Position numbers and translations under genes: made by a program
From: a virus
Lineage: Duplodnaviria > Caudoviricetes
Length of the DNA stretch: 58,786 bases
Reading direction: 5' to 3' (one strand)
Virus record (IMG/VR): IMGVR_UViG_3300036846_001130
Span: 1-58,786 of that record
In this document: piece by piece, positions 52,647-58,786 of the stretch
Layout of the letters: each line of letters begins with the position of its first letter
Position numbering within the stretch: position 1 is the first letter of the stretch
The notes under the pieces: model-generated
What the model was told of the DNA's origin: nothing
Database searches by the model: none
Seen by the model: the letters and a program-made list of their open reading frames with translations, nothing else

Positions 52647-55582
52647 TGCCCCCACTCAAAGCGATTGAGCAAGCCGAATTCGGCGGCGTTGATTCGCGGT
52701 CCAACCCGATCAACATGCCGATGAAGCGCTTCCTGATGGCGAAGAACTGGGTGCCGCGCCCCGATGGCCATCTGGAATTGCGCGAGGGTTACACGCAGCT
52801 CACGCCCGATCCCTACGTCACCGATGGAGCCGTGCATTCGATCACCAGCTACTTTGTCGCCACCCGCGCCAAAAACTTCGATACGTCTCTGCCCGATCCC
52901 GTCCCCCTCTTCGACCGCTACACTCCCTGCGTCTTCTTCTGGCGGGGCACCACGCCGTACCTGCGACGGCTGAGCGATGGTGACACGGTCATCGTGCCCG
53001 TTGATGGCGATCCCATCGCATCCTCACAGCGCTTTCAATATGCGCTGGGCAAAAACGGCTCGCTGTACATGCACAACGGCACCGACATGAAGTTTTTCGA
53101 TGGCGTGAAGCTGCGCGACATCGGGCTGCCGATCATGAGCACCGCAGGCCTTGCGGGAGTCAATGTGGAGGCGGGCTTCTCGGCTCCCGCTGCCAGCGAT
53201 CTGGCGAACGCCAGCATGACGCTAATCGACGATACCTCCGGACTCGGCGGCTGGTGGACGACGGGGCAGGATGGCTATTTGTTCTACGGATTTTTCGATA
53301 CCACTGACAACAGCTTCGCGCCCACCACTGCGCCGATTGGTGACACGCAGTATCCCCTCGCTGATCCGGCGACTCCTCTCGACAAGCAGCACCTGCAGAT
53401 CACGCCGATGCCCGACACTCCAGCCTCGACCACGCTAGGATTGATCTCGATCTCAATGACCGGGTCGGCGGGGCCACCCACAGCGGGCGCATGCTTCGTC
53501 AATTACCGCTACCGTACTCACCCTCCCGCAGCTCCCGATCCCACCTATCCCATGCCCGCAGCAACCATGACAGCGGTCAATCCCACCACGGTGAATGTAC
53601 ATTGTCCCGGCCATGGCCTCGCTCTCAGCGGTGTCGATCCGGCCCGCACCGGACTCTATGCATGGTATAAGGCGGTCCCCTACGTTTTCTGTCTGGAGCT
53701 GGTCGACCCCACCAACCTGCCCGCATGGGAAAATGGCGGGCCGTTCGTCATCGACAGCGTGGTCGACGCTGACAACTTCACTTTCAAGGTCCCCAGCGGC
53801 TCGGCCTCTGACTACGCGGCGTATTCCGGCACGGTGAACATCATCCTGATCACCGCTTTCCCGCAAGGCTCCACCACTCTCGGCCCCTTCGATGTTCCGT
53901 TTTCTCCATGGCGCAATCAGGGCCAGCAGATCAGCCGGGACGGCAAGCTTCTGGTTCCGTTCTCCGACTCGCCAAACTCTTCACTGCTGCCCGCCTCGAC
54001 CATCGGAGGCGCGCAGCCCGGCTATCAGTTCTATGTCGCGATCTTCAACCCCTACACCGGGCACGTGGGCAACCGCACGCCCATCGGGCCACGCCTCGCC
54101 AACAAAGGCGACAGCACGGTGATCATCACAGGCCTGCCTGCTATCGGTGGCCCTTTCTCTGCGCTGAGGGAGCATCTGCAGTGGGGGAATGGCAGCGAGC
54201 TGGAGAGGCTGCGGGGAAGCCGGATGCGGCGCAACATACGGCAGGGCAAAGTCGCTGCGCGCACCGTCACAACTTTCAGCGCGGAATGGTATCTGCTCAT
54301 TGGGCGCACGGGCGATGGTGGCGAGGTGCCCTATGCGGTGATCGACACCGATGGAAACTGGGTGTGGTACAACCCCACGCGCGACGCGGGCGGCACCGTC
54401 ACCCTGCAGTATGGCCAGATCGACGGCAATTCCGAGCTGCCCTTCACCAACTTCATCCCGCCCGCCTTCGCCAACTTCTGGCGCGAGGGAGATCGCCAGT
54501 GCGGCTCGGTGGCGAATCAACCCTTTGTCTATCGCAGCGCTGCGGAACTGGATGACACCACCGGAATCTTTGTGGGTGATCCGGCAGAGGCGTGGGACCC
54601 TTCGAAGATCGAGACCTTTCCCAGCGCGCACCCGATCATCGGCGGCTTCGGCAACATGCAGGAGTCGTGGGCGTTCTCGACAGGGGAAGTGGGTGTGCTT
54701 TCCGAACTCTCCGGCGAGGTGGTGTGGAACGGTCCTTACAACTTCGGGATTGCTGGACCTTTCGCCTTCGATACAGGCTGGCAGTCGCTGCCCTTCTGGG
54801 TCACGCACGATAAGCAACTCTGCACCATGATGCCCGGCTCCAGCGGGCCGATGGCGATCTCGACCGAATACGAGGCGGCGCTGCTGGCAAAAATCGGCGA
54901 TCTCTCGCAGACAGAGGTGGTCTATTTCCTCGACTCCGTGAAAATGATTGAGGTGCTGCGCATCAAGTGTGTCGATCAGGCGGGCAATCCCTTCGTGATC
55001 ATTCACGATTTCAACCTGCGCGATGACCTGAGTCCTTACGGGCAAGGTTATGAGGACGATTACCAAGCGCCGCTGAATTCCACCGTCTTCACCATGGTGC
55101 GAATTCGCGATGCCAACGATCAGCTGCAGGTCTGGGCGGGCGCGAGCGACGGCAACCTCTACCAGTTTTACTCAGGTGGTGACGACTTCGGCACTCCCTT
55201 CACGGCGGAATCGATCAGCTTGCGCTATCTGGGCGGCGAGCGCACTGCCTGCAAAACGCTGGAGTGGTACGGCGACGAAAATATCCAGTGGTACATCATC
55301 GACAAGATGGTCGGCATTGTTTCCGATTACACGCAGTGGATCGAGCTGAGCTTCGAAATGCGCCCCGTGCCCGGCGACGTCTACAACGCGCACTGGATGG
55401 CTGACCTGCAGCGCCCGGAGATGACGCACTGCTATTTGTGGGCACGCTTGGAGAGTCACGCAGTGGACGCGCTCGATCCCGCGAAGCCGATGGCACTGAG
55501 CGATCCGCCGCACCTGCCGCTGGAAACCTATGGCCGCCTCTATTTCGCCGCTCCGATTCTGGGCGATTCGAGGGGAAGATGA
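52646..55582 (+). CDS. Tail nozzle/tubular protein B (DNA stabilisation protein)-like
   Basis: 978 aa, N-terminal EFGGVDSR...LELREGY; position after adaptor. Confidence 0.75.
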   Translation: MPPLKAIEQAEFGGVDSRSNPINMPMKRFLMAKNWVPRPDGHLELREGYTQLTPDPYVTDGAVHSITSYFVATRAKNFDTSLPDPVPLFDRYTPCVFFWRGTTPYLRRLSDGDTVIVPVDGDPIASSQRFQYALGKNGSLYMHNGTDMKFFDGVKLRDIGLPIMSTAGLAGVNVEAGFSAPAASDLANASMTLIDDTSGLGGWWTTGQDGYLFYGFFDTTDNSFAPTTAPIGDTQYPLADPATPLDKQHLQITPMPDTPASTTLGLISISMTGSAGPPTAGACFVNYRYRTHPPAAPDPTYPMPAATMTAVNPTTVNVHCPGHGLALSGVDPARTGLYAWYKAVPYVFCLELVDPTNLPAWENGGPFVIDSVVDADNFTFKVPSGSASDYAAYSGTVNIILITAFPQGSTTLGPFDVPFSPWRNQGQQISRDGKLLVPFSDSPNSSLLPASTIGGAQPGYQFYVAIFNPYTGHVGNRTPIGPRLANKGDSTVIITGLPAIGGPFSALREHLQWGNGSELERLRGSRMRRNIRQGKVAARTVTTFSAEWYLLIGRTGDGGEVPYAVIDTDGNWVWYNPTRDAGGTVTLQYGQIDGNSELPFTNFIPPAFANFWREGDRQCGSVANQPFVYRSAAELDDTTGIFVGDPAEAWDPSKIETFPSAHPIIGGFGNMQESWAFSTGEVGVLSELSGEVVWNGPYNFGIAGPFAFDTGWQSLPFWVTHDKQLCTMMPGSSGPMAISTEYEAALLAKIGDLSQTEVVYFLDSVKMIEVLRIKCVDQAGNPFVIIHDFNLRDDLSPYGQGYEDDYQAPLNSTVFTMVRIRDANDQLQVWAGASDGNLYQFYSGGDDFGTPFTAESISLRYLGGERTACKTLEWYGDENIQWYIIDKMVGIVSDYTQWIELSFEMRPVPGDVYNAHWMADLQRPEMTHCYLWARLESHAVDALDPAKPMALSDPPHLPLETYGRLYFAAPILGDSRGR

Positions 55583-56073
55583 AAAGCACTCTCGGGCCAC
55601 AAATCGGAGGCGATCATTCCAGCATGATGCAGGAGCGCGTGCGGTCGATCACCGCCATCCGGGCGCACGGCACGCAGCGCATTCCCGCTGCCCCGCGCGG
55701 GGTCGGAGTGCAACCTGCGCAAGGTGGCGCGGTGGTCACGTGGCATCTGCCGTCCAATTACGACGACGTGACGGGCTATCGCATCTACGTGGGGACCGAG
55801 AAAAATCTGTCATTACAGATTCGTGATCGCGGCACCCGGCAAATCTTTGTCCCGCTGGCTGCAGGGGCGACGCCCAAGCAAAACAATATTTTCATCAGTG
55901 TGGTCAACGGATTCCGCGAGGGACCGCGCCTGCAGGTGCAAGGCAGAGCGCTCGACAACGGCACCATGACGGAGCAGGTTGTGCCGCTGCCCGCGTTTGA
56001 TTTCGTGGAGCAATTCTCGGGCGGCCTCGATAAGACGCAGAGCGGGCAGCCCAGCGGCAAGAGGGTGCCATGA
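55579..56073 (+). CDS. Fn3-like structural protein
   Basis: PAAPRGV...VTW...VTGYRIYVG. Confidence 0.6.
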   Translation: MKSTLGPQIGGDHSSMMQERVRSITAIRAHGTQRIPAAPRGVGVQPAQGGAVVTWHLPSNYDDVTGYRIYVGTEKNLSLQIRDRGTRQIFVPLAAGATPKQNNIFISVVNGFREGPRLQVQGRALDNGTMTEQVVPLPAFDFVEQFSGGLDKTQSGQPSGKRVP

Positions 56074-56510
56074 AGGTGCAAATCTTCCAAATCTTTTTCA
56101 AGGCCAACGCCAGCGGCGAACTGGTTCCCACCGACAACGAGCTGTTCACTCTCGCCAGCGAATTCGCGGAGCAGTACATCGTCGACGAGGTGGAATTCCG
56201 CGATTACAAAAACACTTGGGTGGCCTGCGAGGTGAACGAGCAAGGCGAACCGATTCGCTGCCTCGGTCTTCTGGGCCTGCAGATGCGCGCCGATTTCCCG
56301 CTGTGCCGCTTCACCGACAATGCGGCGGTGGTCAAGCTGGTGCAACGCGCCAACGATTATTTGCATGACGTGCATGGAGCGCGCGGCAGCTACGCGCTGG
56401 TGCACTGCGCCGTGGATGATGCGCCGGAGCAACGGTGCACCGACTATCTGGATTGGATGAAGGCATTCGAACTCACGCCTGCAGATCGCTGGGCGATCCG
56501 GGTGCGCTGA
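56070..56510 (+). CDS. Hypothetical protein (GNAT-like position in podovirus tail modules)
   Basis: ATGA coupling; synteny only. Confidence 0.55.
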   Translation: MKVQIFQIFFKANASGELVPTDNELFTLASEFAEQYIVDEVEFRDYKNTWVACEVNEQGEPIRCLGLLGLQMRADFPLCRFTDNAAVVKLVQRANDYLHDVHGARGSYALVHCAVDDAPEQRCTDYLDWMKAFELTPADRWAIRVR

Positions 56511-56520
56511 GGAGGGCAAC

Positions 56521-57099
56521 ATGGGCGGCGGCGGCGTAAGTGGCGCACAGAAGAATACAGCAGCGGGGAACCTCGCGAACATGGCGACCACTGCCACTGG
56601 CAACATGAATCAGCAGTATGGGCAGGGCCAGCAGGCAGGCCAAGCCGCCACCGGATTTTTCGCCAACCGCTTGGCGAATGGTCTGCCCGGCTACCGCAAC
56701 ATGACCGACTTCAGCTCCGGCGACATCGCGCAGGCCTACGCACCGATCCGCGCGGACCTTATGCGCCGGACGGGCGGATACACCAGTACACCCTCGGGTT
56801 ATCGCGATGCGCTGTTCACCAATCTCGGAGCGCAACAGGGGCGAGCGTTCGACTCGACACTGATGCAGGCGCGGATGGCCAACGAGATGGCCAAGCAGCA
56901 AGGCGCTGCCGGGATGCAGGGCGAGCAGCAGATCGCAGGCAATCAGGCGCTCGGGTATGGATCGCTCGGAGCAGGCACGAATCAGTCGCTGCTCTACGGT
57001 CCTTCGAAGCCGACCGCGTGGGGCACTGTTGGCGGCCTTCTGCAGCAGGGCATGCAGACAGCTGGGGACTTGGCGAAGGCCGGAGCGTTTAAGGGATAA
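56521..57099 (+). CDS. Internal virion/ejection protein candidate
   Basis: G/Q/A-rich, MGGGG start. Confidence 0.65.
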   Translation: MGGGGVSGAQKNTAAGNLANMATTATGNMNQQYGQGQQAGQAATGFFANRLANGLPGYRNMTDFSSGDIAQAYAPIRADLMRRTGGYTSTPSGYRDALFTNLGAQQGRAFDSTLMQARMANEMAKQQGAAGMQGEQQIAGNQALGYGSLGAGTNQSLLYGPSKPTAWGTVGGLLQQGMQTAGDLAKAGAFKG

Positions 57100-57109
57100 G
57101 GAGCACGCT

Positions 57110-57337
57110 ATGGGAGCAGGCCTTAGCAAGATGGGAAATAATTTCCTGAGTAATTTCCAGACCCCGCAAGGGACTACTCCGGGTTCAGTGCTGGGTGGTA
57201 TCGGCGACATGGCGGACATCGCAGGGATAGGTGGGCAGAAACTGGGGCAGCAGCAGCAGCCCGCGCAGCCCGTCAATTTCAATCCGCCTCCGCAGGCCTT
57301 CATCGCGCCGCCTAAAAATCCGTTTTACGGAGGTTGA
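57110..57337 (+). CDS. Small G/Q-rich internal protein candidate ending KNPFYGG
   Basis: AAGGAG RBS. Confidence 0.6.
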   Translation: MGAGLSKMGNNFLSNFQTPQGTTPGSVLGGIGDMADIAGIGGQKLGQQQQPAQPVNFNPPPQAFIAPPKNPFYGG

Positions 57338-57340
57338 GCT

Positions 57341-58786
57341 ATGACTTCACCGACACTGGACGACATTCTCACCAACCCGTACAACGCTGCGATGACATCG
57401 GCGGGCGTGGTCCCGCCAGCTCCATCGACGGCAGACTTGCCGCTCGATTCGCGCGCCGCTCCTGCCTTGCCAGTGTCAGGCGAGCCGCCCGTCAGCGCTC
57501 TCGCGCTCAGGAAATTCATTCCGCCCTCGGTGATGATGAAGCCTGAGCAGAGTCGTTTCGCGCTCACCAAAACAGAGTCCGGCCCTCCAGCTCCGGGCAT
57601 CAATCCCGGCTACACTCCGAGCTACGGAGAGCAGATGGCGGGCGTCGCTGCGGGCGTGCCCGGTTCAGCCGCTCCAATGACGAAACTCGGGAAGTTGCTC
57701 TACATCCTCAAGGGTGTGGGCACAGGTGGAATCGTTGGGTCGACGCAGCCCACGTTGGGCACGGGCTTCGAAGCGGCGGAGCAACATGGCATGCAGCAGC
57801 AACAGAACGAGCTGGGCCTCGCACAAGCGCGCCAGAATCTCTCGCAGGTGCAGACTCCATACGGGCCGATGCCCTACTCGCTGGCAAGGACGCTCCTGCC
57901 CGCGTACATCGCGGCGGAGTCGCGCGAGAATGTCGCGGACACTGCAGGCCAGTCGCGCCAAAAGGTCGCGCAGACTGCGGCGCTATCACGCGAGCAGGTT
58001 GCCAATATCATGGCGCAGGCGAAGAGGGATGTTGCCGGAGCGGCGGGAGTCACGGTCACGCCGGAACTGGCCAAGCAATACAATCTCCCGGCGAACTTCA
58101 TCGGGACGCGAGCCAAGATCACTGACCTTGCTGCAGCGGAACGCGCGGGAGTCTTCGAAAATATTCCGATGATGAGCGCGCAAGGGCTGGTCGTGGTCAA
58201 TCGAAAGACCGGGAAGGTGCGGCAAGCTACAGGCGACGAAGAACAGACCTATGCTCCCACCGCACTGGCTGCGCCGAAGGAGATCGCCGATCCCAACAAT
58301 CCGGGTAACACGGTCATCGTGCCCGCTGGTCAATCCTTTGGCGCGCAAGGTACTCAGTCCGCCTCGTTGCAGGTCCCCCGACAGGCGGCGAAGGCGGAAG
58401 TGCCCACAAAGATTGGCGACCAGAGAGTCGCCTTCACGACGATGATTCAGCACGCCGACCTTCTGCGCACAGCGATGAAGGCCTTGCGCAATGGCGACGT
58501 GCAAACCCTGAACCAACTGAAGAATGCTTTCCTGAATGAGTTCGGCTACGCTGGCCCGATCACGGCGGCGGCGATTGCGGACGCCTACAAGGGAGAGGTC
58601 AGCAACGTCATCAACAAAGGCCACATCACCGACACCGGGAGCGAGAAGATCGCGCACACTCTAAACCCGGAGAGTCAAAGTCCCGACGAGATGGAAGGTG
58701 TCATCGGCGCATATCAAGCGCTCGCGCAGTCGAAGATGAACATGCTGAACCAGCAAGAGCAGGATGCGATCAAGAAAGCGCAAAAG
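57341..58786 (+). CDS. Large internal virion/ejection protein (truncated by window end)
   Basis: Not in ORF track; MTSPTLDDILTNPYNAA..., frame appears open to the window end; GGAGG RBS. Confidence 0.7.
   Translation, partial: MTSPTLDDILTNPYNAAMTSAGVVPPAPSTADLPLDSRAAPALPVSGEPPVSALALRKFIPPSVMMKPEQSRFALTKTESGPPAPGINPGYTPSYGEQMAGVAAGVPGSAAPMTKLGKLLYILKGVGTGGIVGSTQPTLGTGFEAAEQHGMQQQQNELGLAQARQNLSQVQTPYGPMPYSLARTLLPAYIAAESRENVADTAGQSRQKVAQTAALSREQVANIMAQAKRDVAGAAGVTVTPELAKQYNLPANFIGTRAKITDLAAAERAGVFENIPMMSAQGLVVVNRKTGKVRQATGDEEQTYAPTALAAPKEIADPNNPGNTVIVPAGQSFGAQGTQSASLQVPRQAAKAEVPTKIGDQRVAFTTMIQHADLLRTAMKALRNGDVQTLNQLKNAFLNEFGYAGPITAAAIADAYKGEVSNVINKGHITDTGSEKIAHTLNPESQSPDEMEGVIGAYQALAQSKMNMLNQQEQDAIKKAQK

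Larger units (their letters stand above)
1..58786. mobile_element. Tailed phage/prophage genome segment (podovirus-like morphogenesis, lambda-like replication)
   Basis: Terminase, portal, scaffold, capsid, tail and internal-protein-like genes; initiator plus DnaB; YqaJ; dense small overlapping ORFs; no host housekeeping genes. Confidence 0.95.

Overview
The window is most of a tailed, probably temperate phage or prophage genome. Its PEP-CTERM and secreted carbohydrate-active proteins suggest an Acidobacteriota-type host (inference). Layout: (1) 1-11.8 kb, leftward: excisionase-like HTH at the edge, nucleases, XRE regulator, YqaJ exonuclease plus putative annealing protein, methyltransferase, glycosyltransferase, secreted glycoside hydrolase and a PEP-CTERM protein. 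(2) 11.8-19.4 kb: a divergent array of small early genes driven by nine near-identical sigma70 promoters carrying one palindromic operator, with a shared GGAGCACAGCGAATG start motif. (3) 19.4-23 kb: structured RNA leader, lambda-O-like initiator with internal repeats, an AT-rich compositional switch and DnaB. (4) 23-33.6 kb: many small genes, M15 peptidase, GH99/71-like and PKD/beta-helix proteins. (5) 33.8 kb to end: podovirus-like morphogenesis genes. The most unusual features are a large terminase split into two genes with six small genes in between, three of which end in the same C-terminal AF[YF]GE tag, plus signal-peptide-bearing fibre-like proteins and a GT2 inside the head/tail operon. 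No tRNA, rRNA, CRISPR array or integrase was seen. All family calls are from motif recognition, not database searches.
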